Part shown: positions 48,025 to 57,820 of the stretch, in pieces
How positions within the stretch are numbered: the first letter of the stretch is position 1
How the letters are laid out: every line of letters starts with the position of its first letter
DNA from: an uncultured Candidatus Saccharibacteria bacterium
GTDB taxonomy: Bacteria; Patescibacteriota; Minisyncoccia; Phycocordibacterales; SBAW01
Length of the DNA stretch: 64,000 nucleotides
Assembly: GCA_964650645.1 (NCBI GenBank)
Contig: CAZYUH010000001.1
Span: 153,873-217,872 of the forward strand
Direction of reading: 5' to 3'
The notes under the pieces: model-generated
The model's database searches: none
What the model saw: the letters and a program-made list of their open reading frames with translations, nothing else
Told to the model about the DNA's origin: nothing
Translations under genes and position numbers: made by a program

Positions 48025-48405
48025 TTATACGACCTCGGGGGCGCGGGAAATGATGGTCTGGTAGCCAAGCTCCTGGAGCTCGCGCGGTATCGGGCCGAAG
48101 ATGCGGCCGGCCTTGGGCTCCTTCTTATCCTTGGCGCCCCAGTCGAGCACGACGACCGCGTTATCGTCGAAGCGGATGTAGCTGCCGTCCTTGCGGCGGA
48201 AAGGCTTGCGCTGGCGCACGACCACGCCATGGAGCACGTCCTTCTTCTTCACCGCCTTGCGCGGCTCGGCGGACTGCACCGAGAGGATGACTATCTCCCC
48301 TATCTCGGCGTAGCGCTTCTTGGACGCTCCGGGAATCTTGAAGATGCGTCCGATCTTCGCGCCGGAGTTGTCTGTAACAGTTACGAGTGTGCGGTCTTGG
48401 ATCAT
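48025..48405 (-). CDS. rplN: 50S ribosomal protein L14
   Basis: MIQDRTLVTVTDNSGAK... The N-terminal extension in ORF 48025..48474 is rejected. Confidence 0.9.
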   Translation of the reverse strand: MIQDRTLVTVTDNSGAKIGRIFKIPGASKKRYAEIGEIVILSVQSAEPRKAVKKKDVLHGVVVRQRKPFRRKDGSYIRFDDNAVVVLDWGAKDKKEPKAGRIFGPIPRELQELGYQTIISRAPEVV

Positions 48406-48410
48406 ACGAT

Positions 48411-48662
48411 TTACGAGTGCGAGGCGGCGCCAGAGACGATCTCGAAGCGCTTGGTCTTGGAGAGCGGGCGGCACGAGCGGATGGTGACCTTGTCGCCCTC
48501 CTTTGCCTTGTTGCCGGGGTTATGGGCGGCGAAGCGCGAAGTCTTCTTGAGGTACTTCTTGTACTTGGGGTGCTTTACGTAGCGGGATACGGCCACTATG
48601 GCGGACTCCGCCATCTTGTCGGATACGACTACCCCCGTGAATTCTTTGCGCTTTGTTTCCAT
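48411..48662 (-). CDS. rpsQ: 30S ribosomal protein S17
   Basis: KEFTGVVVSDKMAESAIVAVSRYVKHPKYKKY. Confidence 0.9.
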   Translation of the reverse strand: METKRKEFTGVVVSDKMAESAIVAVSRYVKHPKYKKYLKKTSRFAAHNPGNKAKEGDKVTIRSCRPLSKTKRFEIVSGAASHS

Positions 48663-48663
48663 A

Positions 48664-48855
48664 TTAGTTCGATGCCTTGCCGGCCTGGGTCAGGGCGCGG
48701 GCCACTTCCTTGCGCAGCGACCGGGCGGCCTTCACATTACGATTCTTACTACCTGCGACGCCAAAGCGCAAGGCCCTCAGCTCTTCGCGCTTGTCCTGGG
48801 CGAGCTTCATGAGCTCGGCTTTGGAGTGTTTCGTGAGGTCTTGTTTCTTTGCCAT
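48664..48855 (-). CDS. rpmC: 50S ribosomal protein L29
   Basis: 63 aa; KAELMKLAQDKREELRALRF. Confidence 0.85.
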   Translation of the reverse strand: MAKKQDLTKHSKAELMKLAQDKREELRALRFGVAGSKNRNVKAARSLRKEVARALTQAGKASN

Positions 48856-48882
48856 ACGGGTATTATGCGATGAATGCGCGGA

Positions 48883-49302
48883 TTAATGGCGCGCGACCAC
48901 CTTCGCCTTCAGCGGGAGCTTCTTGGCGGCCTTGACGAGCGCCTCTGTAGCGACCGCGTCGCTCACGCCGTCCACCTCGAACAGCACGCGCCCGGGCCAG
49001 ATCTGCACCTCGTAGCCCACCGGGTCGCCCTTGCCCTTGCCGAGCTTCACCTCGGGCGGCTTCTGGGTGTAGGGCTTGTCCGGGAAGATGCGGATCCAGC
49101 TGCGGCCGGTCTTGCCAAGCGAGCGGGCGATGACCTTGCGGGCCGACTCTATCTGGTTGGAGCGCACGCGGGCGGACGTAACCGCCTTGAGCCCATGGCT
49201 CCCGAAGGCCACGGTAATGCCGCGCGTGGCGACCTTGGCCTTCTTGGGGTTAACGCGCATGGTGTGCGACTTGCGGAATTTTACTTTCTTAGGGAAAAGC
49301 AT
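48883..49302 (-). CDS. rplP: 50S ribosomal protein L16
   Basis: MLFPKKVKFRKSHTMRVNPKKAKVATRG. Confidence 0.9.
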   Translation of the reverse strand: MLFPKKVKFRKSHTMRVNPKKAKVATRGITVAFGSHGLKAVTSARVRSNQIESARKVIARSLGKTGRSWIRIFPDKPYTQKPPEVKLGKGKGDPVGYEVQIWPGRVLFEVDGVSDAVATEALVKAAKKLPLKAKVVARH

Positions 49303-49308
49303 AACGGT

Positions 49309-49974
49309 TTATTTCTTCGCGTTGGCGGCAAACACCTCGCCGCGGTATATCCACACCTTGATGCCGACGACGCCCAAAGGCAGGTTGGCGCGCTCGCGGG
49401 CGAAGTCGATGTCGGAGCGGAAGGTCTGCAGGGGCACGCGGCCCTTCTTGAGGTTCTCGACGCGGGACATGGAGCCGCCGCCGAGCATGCCGGATATCTG
49501 GACGCGCACGCCCTTCACGTCGCGGTTGGCGCCCACCTTCTCGATGGTCTGCTTCATTACGCGGCGGAACGGCATGCGCTTCTCGAGACCCTCGGCGACC
49601 ATGTAGGCCACTATGGCTGCGTTGCTCTCCGGCGAGCGGATCTCCTCGATATCGAGCTTGATCTCGGGGACCGGGAGCTTGCGGCTCTTGAGGAAGTCCG
49701 CTATCTGCTGGCGCAGCTTGGTCGAGCCCTCGCCGGAGCGGCCGATGAGAACGCCCGGGCGGGAGGTCTTTATGATGACGCGCAGCTGCTTGGCGTTGCG
49801 CTCTATCTCGAGCCCGCCCACGTACATGCCGCGCAGGGACTTCATGAGGTGCTCGCGCAAAAGGACGTCCGCCTTGAGGTTCTCGCGGTAGACGGGGCCG
49901 GAGGCGTACCAGCGATGGCGCCAGTCCTTGATGATGCCGAGCCTATGGGCGAATGGGTTTACTACTTTAGACAT
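49309..49974 (-). CDS. rpsC: 30S ribosomal protein S3
   Basis: KH-domain S3 (221 aa). Confidence 0.9.
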   Translation of the reverse strand: MSKVVNPFAHRLGIIKDWRHRWYASGPVYRENLKADVLLREHLMKSLRGMYVGGLEIERNAKQLRVIIKTSRPGVLIGRSGEGSTKLRQQIADFLKSRKLPVPEIKLDIEEIRSPESNAAIVAYMVAEGLEKRMPFRRVMKQTIEKVGANRDVKGVRVQISGMLGGGSMSRVENLKKGRVPLQTFRSDIDFARERANLPLGVVGIKVWIYRGEVFAANAKK

Positions 49975-49975
49975 A

Positions 49976-50374
49976 TTAGTTGTGTGCGGCTTCCGCTTGC
50001 TCAGCCTTCTCTGCCTTTGCGGCCTTCAGGGCCTTGCCCTTCTTGGGAGCCTTCTTGGAGAGAGCGAGCGTAATGTGGCTGGTGCGCTTGAGGATCTGGC
50101 TGGCGCGGCCGCGGGCGCGGGGCATGTGGCGCTTGAAGACGATGCCGCCGTTGACCTGGATGGAGGATACGTAGAGGTCGGCGGCGCCCATCTTCGAGTT
50201 GGCCACGGCCGACTCGACGAGCTTCTTCATCGGCTCGCCGGCGCGCTTAGGCAGGACGGAAAGCAGGCTGATGGCATTGGACGCCGTCTTGCCGCGGATG
50301 AGGTCGGCCACGAGGCGTACCTTGCGGGGCGCCTGGCGGTAGTTTGAAAGCTTTGCGGTAGATGCGGTGTCCAT
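49976..50374 (-). CDS. rplV: 50S ribosomal protein L22
   Basis: Canonical L22 (132 aa). Confidence 0.9.
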   Translation of the reverse strand: MDTASTAKLSNYRQAPRKVRLVADLIRGKTASNAISLLSVLPKRAGEPMKKLVESAVANSKMGAADLYVSSIQVNGGIVFKRHMPRARGRASQILKRTSHITLALSKKAPKKGKALKAAKAEKAEQAEAAHN

Positions 50375-50380
50375 ACGGGA

Positions 50381-50725
50381 TTACTTCTTCTTGGCGTCGC
50401 CGGCGGCCTTTGCAGCCTGGGCGGACGCGATCTCGGCCTGCTTGGCCTTCGCCTCCTGCTCCTTCTGCATCTTGCCTCCGTGGCGCACGAACTTCTTGGT
50501 CGGGCTGAACTCGCCCAGGCGGTGGCCCACCATGTCCTCGTTTACGAGGACCTCTATGTGGGTCTTGCCGTTGTGGACGCCGAACTTGAAGCCCACCATC
50601 TCGGGGGCTATCTGGGAGCGGCGCGCCCACGTCTTTATCATCTCAGTGGTCTGAGGCTTCTTCCCCTCGATCTTCTTGAGGAGCTTCTCGTCGACGTAGG
50701 GTCCTTTCTTTACTGAGCGTGCCAT
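50381..50725 (-). CDS. rpsS: 30S ribosomal protein S19 (Lys/Ala-rich C-terminal extension)
   Basis: [20 protein letters not shown] ... [17 protein letters not shown]. Confidence 0.9.
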   Translation of the reverse strand: MARSVKKGPYVDEKLLKKIEGKKPQTTEMIKTWARRSQIAPEMVGFKFGVHNGKTHIEVLVNEDMVGHRLGEFSPTKKFVRHGGKMQKEQEAKAKQAEIASAQAAKAAGDAKKK

Positions 50726-50884
50726 GTAGCAATTTAAAATCCCTGCCCGCCACAGTCAGGAGAGCGACTGGGCCTTGCGGCTGGGAGTGGGTCTAATGTA
50801 CAGGAAAGCCCTCCCGGAGTCAAATCGGCTTGCTCGAAGGAACTGCGCGGTATAGCTTTAAGCGGGAAAAGAAGGAGACGCCCA

Positions 50885-51076
50885 ATGCGCGCCTACACGT
50901 TCCGCTACATCGACGGCACCTCGAAACCCTCCAGAACGCTCCACGCCAAGGATGATGGCGAATTTTATGAACTGCTCAGGGAATTCCTGGGCAGTGACAA
51001 GCAGTTCGTGCCGGGAAGCATCGCGTATGTTGAAACCGGCAAAGTCGCCGACCCTCCCCCGCACACAGGCGCCTAG
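50885..51076 (+). CDS. Small hypothetical protein (63 aa), opposite strand, inserted between rplB and rpsS
   Basis: RBS AAGGAG 7 nt before the ATG. Followed by bidirectional terminator 51095..51122. Confidence 0.4.
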   Translation: MRAYTFRYIDGTSKPSRTLHAKDDGEFYELLREFLGSDKQFVPGSIAYVETGKVADPPPHTGA

Positions 51077-51094
51077 CGTGGCCCGGAAACGAAC

Positions 51095-51122
51095 AACCGC
51101 CCCTTTCGGGGCGGTTTTTTCT
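51095..51122. terminator. Bidirectional intrinsic terminator
   Basis: AACCGCCCCTTTCGGGGCGGTTTTTTC; also lies directly after the rplB stop on the minus strand. Confidence 0.6.
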
Positions 51123-51123
51123 A

Positions 51124-51975
51124 TTACTTGTTTCCGCGGGTGCGCTTGCCCACCTTGCGGCGCGAGACGATGAGGTAGTTGGAGTACTTCTTGGGCGCGC
51201 GGGTCTTCTGGCCCTTGCCGGTCGGCTTGCCCCAGAGCGACTTGGCGCGCTTGAGGCCGCGGCCCTGGCGGCCCTCGCCGCCGCCGTGCGGGTGGTCTAC
51301 CGGGTTCATGGCGGTGCCGCGGACGGTCGGGCGCTTGCCCATCCAGCGGGAGCGGCCCGCCTTGCCTATCGTGCGCAGGTGGTGCTCGTCGTTGGACACT
51401 TCGCCGATGGTCGCCCAGCAGGTGTCGAGCACCTTGCGCACCTCTGAAGACGGCATCTTGAGGTCGGCATAGCCCTGGTCGCGGGCGATAAGCTCGATGT
51501 AGGTGCCCGCGGCGCGGCCCAGCTTGCCGCCGTTGCCCGGCTTTATCTCGACGTTGTAAACGAACGAGCCGATGGGGACGTTCTTCAGAGGCATGCGGTT
51601 GCCCGGAGCGGCGAGCGCGGTCTCGGACGTATCGATGGTCTGGCCCACGGTTACCGACTTGGGGAGGAGCATGTAGCGGCGCTCGCCGTCCGGGTAAAGC
51701 ACGAGGCCGATGAAGCCCGAGCGGTTCGGATCGTACTCGACGGTCTCGATTTTCGCGGGGATATGCTTCTTGTAGCCGAAATCCACGTCGCGGAAGAGGC
51801 GCTTGTGGCCGCCGCCCTTGTGGCGCACCGAGATGCGGCCGGCGTTGTTGCGGCCCACATCGCGCTTGCCGCCGCGGGTGAGCGCCTTGTGCGGCTCATT
51901 GGTCGTGACCTTCCCCTTGAAGGTGACGGTGGTCATGTGGCGGCGCGACTTGGTGTAAGGTTTGTAGGATTTCAT
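51124..51975 (-). CDS. rplB: 50S ribosomal protein L2
   Basis: Canonical L2 (283 aa). Confidence 0.9.
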   Translation of the reverse strand: MKSYKPYTKSRRHMTTVTFKGKVTTNEPHKALTRGGKRDVGRNNAGRISVRHKGGGHKRLFRDVDFGYKKHIPAKIETVEYDPNRSGFIGLVLYPDGERRYMLLPKSVTVGQTIDTSETALAAPGNRMPLKNVPIGSFVYNVEIKPGNGGKLGRAAGTYIELIARDQGYADLKMPSSEVRKVLDTCWATIGEVSNDEHHLRTIGKAGRSRWMGKRPTVRGTAMNPVDHPHGGGEGRQGRGLKRAKSLWGKPTGKGQKTRAPKKYSNYLIVSRRKVGKRTRGNK

Positions 51976-51988
51976 AAAAGTATGCGGG

Positions 51989-52276
51989 CTAGACGAGCTC
52001 GATGGTGTCGCCCTTCTTCAGGTGCACGTAGGCCTTCTTGCCCGCGCGGGTCTGGCCCTTGCGGTTGGTGCCGCGGGTCATGGTCTGCTTGCGCGGGGTG
52101 TTGACCACCGTCACGCGGCGCGGGGTCACGTTGAAGGTCTCGCGTATGGCGGCGGCCACCTGCGCCTTGTTGGCGTCGCGGGCGATATTGAAGACGTACA
52201 CGCCCGTTGCGGCCAGGTAGGCGGCCTTCTCGGTGATGCGCGGCGCAAGCAGTATTTGTGAGGAAAGCTTTTTCAT
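51989..52276 (-). CDS. rplW: 50S ribosomal protein L23
   Basis: Canonical L23 (95 aa). Confidence 0.85.
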   Translation of the reverse strand: MKKLSSQILLAPRITEKAAYLAATGVYVFNIARDANKAQVAAAIRETFNVTPRRVTVVNTPRKQTMTRGTNRKGQTRAGKKAYVHLKKGDTIELV

Positions 52277-52280
52277 AATT

Positions 52281-52979
52281 TTATTTCGCGGCCTTGCCGG
52301 AAACGGCGGCCTTGGCGGAGAGCTTCTTCTGCAGGGTCTCTATGGCCGCCTTGGGGTCCGCGATGACCAGGTACTTGGCGCTGAGCACCGAGACCGGGTT
52401 GAGGTCCGCAAGCGCGCCCGCGCGCACGTGGCCCATGTTGGCGAACGACTTGAGCGTGTGCGCGTTGCGCGAAGGCAGGGCGACGTAAGCGGCGTTGCGC
52501 GCCTTGCCGAGGCCCGAGAAATTCTTGCCGAGCGCCGTCATCATGGCCTTGGCCGTAGCGGTCTTGGGAGCGTTCATTTCGAGCGAGTCGACGAAGATGA
52601 CCTCGCCGTCCTTGTGCTTGCGCGAGAGGGTGACCAGGAGGGCCTTCTGGCGCATGGCGCGGTTTATCTTTACCTCGTAGTTCTTGTCCGCGCGCGGGCC
52701 GTGGGTCACGCCGCCGCCCTTCCATATGGGAGACCTGCTGGAGCCGTGGCGGGCGCGGCCCGTACCCTTCTGCTGCCAGGGCTTGCGGCCGCCGCCGCGC
52801 ACCTCGCCGCGGGTCTTGGTGTGCGCGGTGGACTGGCGGGCGTTCGCCTGCATCGAGGTGACCACCTGGTGGACCAGGTCGGCGTTCCAGGGCAGGCCGA
52901 AGATATTCTCCGGCAGAGCCACCGTGCCCGCCTCCTTGCCCTCCATGTTGTAGATCTTGGTTTCCATAGTGGTATTCAA
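52281..52979 (-). CDS. rplD: 50S ribosomal protein L4
   Basis: Canonical L4 (232 aa). Confidence 0.9.
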   Translation of the reverse strand: MNTTMETKIYNMEGKEAGTVALPENIFGLPWNADLVHQVVTSMQANARQSTAHTKTRGEVRGGGRKPWQQKGTGRARHGSSRSPIWKGGGVTHGPRADKNYEVKINRAMRQKALLVTLSRKHKDGEVIFVDSLEMNAPKTATAKAMMTALGKNFSGLGKARNAAYVALPSRNAHTLKSFANMGHVRAGALADLNPVSVLSAKYLVIADPKAAIETLQKKLSAKAAVSGKAAK

Positions 52980-52984
52980 ATGCG

Positions 52985-53623
52985 TTAGCCGCGGATTTCT
53001 ACGACGGTGCCGCGGCGGCCGGGCACGGCGCCCGCGATCACGAGCTCGTTGGTCTCCGGCAGCACCTGGAGCACCGCGAGATTGCGCACCGTCACCCTGT
53101 CCTGGCCCATGCGGCCGGCCATGCGCATACCCTTGGCGACGCGGCCTCCCGCGCGGCCGCCGGAGCCGCCGATGGAGCCCGGTGCGCGCTCGGAGTGCTT
53201 CTGGCCGTGCGAGCGCGGGCCGCCCTTGAAGTTATAGCGCTTCACCACGCCCTGGAAGCCGCGGCCCTTGGAGATCGCCGAGACAACGACCTTGTCCCCC
53301 ACGGCAAACGACGAGACATCCACCGTCGAGCCTACCTCGGGGAAATTGGTGTCTATCGGTCCGTTCTTGGTGGCCGGGCGCGGGCGCAGCTCGCGGAACT
53401 CGCGCAGGGACTTGCCCTTGGCGTGGCCCACCTGGGGCTTTGCAATGCGGCCGTCCTTGGCCTCGAAGGCGCCCAGCTGCACGGCGGCGTAGCCGTCCTT
53501 CTCGGCGGTCTTTATCTGGGTGACGGTGTTGGGGGCGGCGTTGATGACGGTCGCGGCAAAGGCCCGGCCCTCCTCCGTGAAGACAGTCGTCATCTTGCCC
53601 TTGGTTCCAAGGATGAATTTCAT
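52985..53623 (-). CDS. rplC: 50S ribosomal protein L3
   Basis: MKFILGTKGKMTTVFTEEG... Upstream extension in the ORF track rejected. Confidence 0.9.
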   Translation of the reverse strand: MKFILGTKGKMTTVFTEEGRAFAATVINAAPNTVTQIKTAEKDGYAAVQLGAFEAKDGRIAKPQVGHAKGKSLREFRELRPRPATKNGPIDTNFPEVGSTVDVSSFAVGDKVVVSAISKGRGFQGVVKRYNFKGGPRSHGQKHSERAPGSIGGSGGRAGGRVAKGMRMAGRMGQDRVTVRNLAVLQVLPETNELVIAGAVPGRRGTVVEIRG

Positions 53624-53775
53624 GGTTTCTATTGGTCCCACTGCGCGAGCCAAAGCTCTGGGACATGGACAACCCTATGTCTAGAGAGTCCCCAAGACTA
53701 TACACAACCGCCCGGGTTTACGCAAGAAACGGAAAAGCCGCCGGCGGGACGCCGGCGGCTTAGCATCTTTCATGG

Positions 53776-54078
53776 CTAGACAGACACCATGGCGTCTGGC
53801 GGGCGCGATCCAGGCGAACCCGGCTGCCGCCATTCATCGACAATAAGGCCGATAACGTACCCCGCCTCAAGAGCCACTATTGCGGCTGCCTGTATGGCAA
53901 AAGACCACCAGGTGCCATGGACCACGAAGTGCGCCGCGCCGGCACACACCAAGGCTATGAGGCACGGAATAAGCATGTAGACCCTATAGACCATGCCCAC
54001 GAGGACGCCGCATACGAACGAAACGAGTATCGCAAGAAGCAGTATCACGACAAACTCCCTAAACGGACAACTGCGCAT
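53776..54078 (-). CDS. Hypothetical small membrane protein (~100 aa)
   Basis: C-terminal hydrophobic part of ORF 53776..54477 (MRSCPFREFVVILLLAILVSF...). The R-rich N-terminal part is rejected. Confidence 0.3.
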   Translation of the reverse strand: MRSCPFREFVVILLLAILVSFVCGVLVGMVYRVYMLIPCLIALVCAGAAHFVVHGTWWSFAIQAAAIVALEAGYVIGLIVDEWRQPGSPGSRPPDAMVSV

Positions 54079-54140
54079 AAGTATGCCATACGGCACGCGC
54101 ATGCAGAACCCGTTCGGGCTTTTGCGCCGAGCCTTTCCTG

Positions 54141-54578
54141 CTACGGCCAGACGGATATGATGACCGCCATGACGAGCATCGACGCCAGGTAGTAGCCGGC
54201 GCTTATCATCCAGAAGCGCAGGGGCTTCTTCTCCCACAACACCGGACCAAGAAGGACCGGGGCCACGAACCCGGCCCAGAACCAGAACGCGCTTATGAGC
54301 GCCGCCGGCACGCCGGAAGAGCCCAGGTAGGCGTTGCCGAAGGCGATGCCGCGCGAGAGCACGAACGCCATCACTAGAGCGCCGGCGAACGCGATGGCGT
54401 AGCCGCGGTACATCTTGGAGGGATTCTTCTGCGCCGCCTCCATATCGGCGCGCGTCATGCCCGTGAGCGCCATCCATTGCTTACCGAACAGCGGGCCGTA
54501 CCAGACGAAGCCCATGAGCATGCCCATCGCCCCGCACGCGAGTATCGCCCAATAATTCACCGCCATATCCATATGCAA
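54141..54578 (-). CDS. DUF1761-like membrane protein
   Basis: 145 aa, four TM; WYGPLFGKQWMALTG motif resembles DUF1761. Confidence 0.45.
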   Translation of the reverse strand: MHMDMAVNYWAILACGAMGMLMGFVWYGPLFGKQWMALTGMTRADMEAAQKNPSKMYRGYAIAFAGALVMAFVLSRGIAFGNAYLGSSGVPAALISAFWFWAGFVAPVLLGPVLWEKKPLRFWMISAGYYLASMLVMAVIISVWP

Positions 54579-54908
54579 ATTACAGCTTAATGACTACTCC
54601 CTCATCCTAGTATAGGCGGGTTCGGAACGCGAGGATGCGGAAAATCCCCCATGCATGGGGGATTTTCCGCTTAATTCCTTTACTCGGCGCACAGGTACTG
54701 CCCTGGGATTGCATGTCGAGTAAAAAAAGCGACGCCTAGAAGTCGCTCGGAACTTGCATTATTTGGCTGCAGACAAACCAATGAGCACCTTTTTCCGAGT
54801 ATACGCTACCATGTTCGATTCATCAAAAACAGCCTTGTGGAAAAGAAAGAATCCCCTCGTGCGAGGGGATTCTTCCAGACCGTCTTTCCTTTTTATCAGC
54901 GGAAACGG

Positions 54909-55271
54909 CTATACCATTTTCACGTCGATGGTGACGCCGGACGGGAGGCTGAGGTTGGTCAGCGCCTCGATGACCTTCGGGGTCGGTTCGAGGATGTCGA
55001 TGACGCGCTTGTGCACGCGCATCTCGAACTGCTCGCGCGCGTCCTTGTAGACGAAGGTCGAGCGGTTGACCGTGTACTTCTTGATTTCGGTCGGCAGGGG
55101 TATAGGGCCCGCCACCTTCGCATCGTAGCGCAGGGCGGTGTCGAGTATCTGCTTGACTGAGGCGTCGAGCACTTTGTGCTCGTACGCGCGGACCTTGATG
55201 CGCAGCTTCTGCGCGGGAGCTTCTGCCTTCTTGGCGCGCTTGGGCGCCGCCTTCTTCGCTTCGGTAGCCAT
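54909..55271 (-). CDS. rpsJ: 30S ribosomal protein S10 (Lys/Ala-rich N-terminal extension)
   Basis: [26 protein letters not shown]... Confidence 0.85.
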   Translation of the reverse strand: MATEAKKAAPKRAKKAEAPAQKLRIKVRAYEHKVLDASVKQILDTALRYDAKVAGPIPLPTEIKKYTVNRSTFVYKDAREQFEMRVHKRVIDILEPTPKVIEALTNLSLPSGVTIDVKMV

Positions 55272-55438
55272 ATGTTGTCTGGGCCTAGTTCTCCCCTCTT
55301 TAAAGGGGTAACCTATGCCCGATTAGCTTACGCTTACAGATTAATGTCGAACACGTAGAGTATGCCCTACTCCCTCCCTTTTAGCAATAGAAAAGCCCCG
55401 GCGGATGCCGGGGCTTTTCGTTCAAACCTTAGAGTAAG

Positions 55439-56632
55439 TTAGGCAATGATCTTCGTCACGACGCCGGCGCCTACCGTCTTGCCGCCCTCGCGGACCGCGA
55501 AGCGGGTCTTGTCCTCGAGCGCGACCGGCGCTACGAGCTTGACCTTGAAGGTGATGGTGTCGCCCGGCATGACCATCTCGGTGCCTGCCGGAAGGGTTAC
55601 CTCTCCGGTCACGTCCGTGGTGCGGACGTAGAACTGCGGCTTGTAGCCCGAGAAGAACGGCGTGTGGCGGCCGCCCTCGTCCTTGGTGAGGATGTACACC
55701 TCGGCCTCGAACTCGGTGTGCGGGGTCACGGAACCCGGCTTGGCGAGCACCTGGCCGCGGTGGATGTCATCCTTGGCGGTGCCGCGCAAGAGGATACCCG
55801 CGTTGTCGCCCGCCTGGCCCTGCTCGAGCTGCTTGTTGAACATCTCGATGCCGGTAATGGTGGTCTTGGTGGTGGGCTGGAGGCCGACGATCTCGACTTC
55901 CTCGCCAACCTTGACGACGCCGCGCTCGATGCGGCCGGTCACCACGGTGCCGCGGCCTTCGATCGAGAAGATATCCTCGACCGGCATGAGGAACGGCTTG
56001 TCGAGCTCGCGCTCGGGGTCAGGGAAGAACGAGTCCATCGTATTGACGAGCTCGAGCACCTTCTGCGACCACTCGGAATTGATGTCGGTGGACTCAAGCG
56101 CCTTGAGGCCCGAGCCGCGGATAACCGGAGCGCCCTCGTAGCCCTGCTTGGCCAGGAGCTCCTTGATCTCCTCCTCGACGAGCTCGAGAAGGTCCTTGTC
56201 CTCGACCATGTCGCACTTGTTGAGGAAGACGATGAGCTTCGGTACGCCGACCTGCTTTGCGAGGAGCACGTGCTCGCGGGTCTGGGGCATGAGGCCGTCG
56301 GTCGCCGCGACCACGAGGACCGCGCCGTCCATCTGGGCGGCGCCGGTAATCATGTTCTTGATGTAGTCGGCGTGGCCCGGCGCGTCGATGTGCGCGTAGT
56401 GGCGGTTAGGGGTCTCGTACTCGGAGTGGTGGAGCGCGATGGTAATGCCGCGCGCCTTCTCCTCAGGAGCGTTGTCGATGCCGTCGACGCCCTCGAGGCG
56501 GGCGCTGTAGCCCTGCGCCTTCGCCATGTCGAGCGTGTGGAGAATGGATGCGGTAAGGGTGGTCTTGCCGTGGTCGACGTGACCGATGGTGCCGACGTTC
56601 ATGTGCGGCTTTGCCCTCTCAAATGTTGCCAT
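55439..56632 (-). CDS. tuf: Elongation factor Tu
   Basis: [24 protein letters not shown] and the rest of the canonical EF-Tu (397 aa). Confidence 0.95.
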   Translation of the reverse strand: MATFERAKPHMNVGTIGHVDHGKTTLTASILHTLDMAKAQGYSARLEGVDGIDNAPEEKARGITIALHHSEYETPNRHYAHIDAPGHADYIKNMITGAAQMDGAVLVVAATDGLMPQTREHVLLAKQVGVPKLIVFLNKCDMVEDKDLLELVEEEIKELLAKQGYEGAPVIRGSGLKALESTDINSEWSQKVLELVNTMDSFFPDPERELDKPFLMPVEDIFSIEGRGTVVTGRIERGVVKVGEEVEIVGLQPTTKTTITGIEMFNKQLEQGQAGDNAGILLRGTAKDDIHRGQVLAKPGSVTPHTEFEAEVYILTKDEGGRHTPFFSGYKPQFYVRTTDVTGEVTLPAGTEMVMPGDTITFKVKLVAPVALEDKTRFAVREGGKTVGAGVVTKIIA

Positions 56633-56711
56633 AAATAATCCCTAAATTAATAACTCGATAATCTGCTAAGCACAGGAAAGCACCCCTAGTGCATTGCGGC
56701 TAACTATAACC

Positions 56712-56805
56712 CAGTGGAGTGAGGAGCGCAAACTTGTTTGCGGCTCCGAACGGAACGCCGGTTATATGGGCTTCTAGCCCATATACCCCAGTGGAGTGAG
56801 GAGCG
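56712..56805. promoter_or_regulatory. Two 24-nt direct repeats flanking a palindrome upstream of tuf
   Basis: CCCAGTGGAGTGAGGAGCGCAAAC occurs at ~56712 and ~56782. Between them TATATGGGC-TTCTA-GCCCATATA is a 9-bp perfect palindrome. Confidence 0.4.
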
Positions 56806-56820
56806 CAAACGCTTCCCGGC

Positions 56821-57576
56821 CTAGTAGAGACCGGCCTTAAAGAGCGCGCTTGAAAGCCCGTCGGTTATGACGTGCAGGGGCGCCATCTCGACCGCGGCCA
56901 TGAAATCGGTGGCATTGCCTACGGTTTCATACAGGCTCTGCGGCAGGAAGGACACCGTCGCCCAGAGCGACTCCCCCGCCGGCGCGCGCGCGTACGCGGG
57001 CTCCGGAGCGAGCGTGGCCGCGGCCGCCTGCGCGACAGCGTCGATTGCGAACAGGTCCACGTAGGCCGAGAGCACGCCGGCAAGCGCGTAGTTAACCTCA
57101 AGCACCTGGTCTGCAACGATGTTTATAGAATTCGCCGCCGCGGTCATCGGCACCATGGCGACGCTTGCCGCCAAAGCGGACGCGTCTACCTCTATGCGGT
57201 AGGCGGCGGGCGCGTGCCCGGGCATGGGGTGATGCGGCATAGGCGGCACGCCGGGCACGGGAGGCATGGGCGGCACATGCGCCGCAGACGGCGTCGGCGC
57301 GTACGACACGGGCTCCGGCGCCTGCGCAGCCTGCGAAGCGTCGGCAGTCCGGCCTTCAAGCACATCGCGCACGTCGCCTATGGTCGCCTGGGGCACGTCG
57401 TACGCAGAAAGAAGCTCCGCGACCGCGTCCAGCTGCTGGCCGGTGAGGCCGGACGCGCTGGCGGGCGCCGGCATCGCGCAGAGCGCGAGCGCGCAGGCCA
57501 TTGCAAACGCAACGAACCCGAGGCGCAGGTCGATAGTAAGGCTGAGGGAGCGGGCGTGCGTGGTGCTGGCGTTCAT
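56821..57576 (-). CDS. Hypothetical secreted Ala/Pro-rich protein (251 aa)
   Basis: Signal peptide FVAFAMACALALCAMPAPASA. PMPPVPGVPPMPHHPMPGH proline/His-rich linker. Confidence 0.4.
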   Translation of the reverse strand: MNASTTHARSLSLTIDLRLGFVAFAMACALALCAMPAPASASGLTGQQLDAVAELLSAYDVPQATIGDVRDVLEGRTADASQAAQAPEPVSYAPTPSAAHVPPMPPVPGVPPMPHHPMPGHAPAAYRIEVDASALAASVAMVPMTAAANSINIVADQVLEVNYALAGVLSAYVDLFAIDAVAQAAAATLAPEPAYARAPAGESLWATVSFLPQSLYETVGNATDFMAAVEMAPLHVITDGLSSALFKAGLY

Positions 57577-57820
57577 ATGTTCTATAAAGGACTGCTAATT
57601 TTTTAATAAGGCGCACGGGAGCGGAGCGACAAGCGAGCCGAAGGGGGCGACAATAAACGAGAAAGAACACCCAGCTTTCGCCGGGTGCCCTGATATAGCC
57701 AGTATAGCCTTCCCTGCCAGCCTTACAAGCAGGAGGGTGGGGATAAATGGCAAACTGCTTTGCCATTTATCCGGTGCCGCAGGCAAGCGCCGATGCCGAA
57801 GGCAGGCGCTAGGTGGGAGA

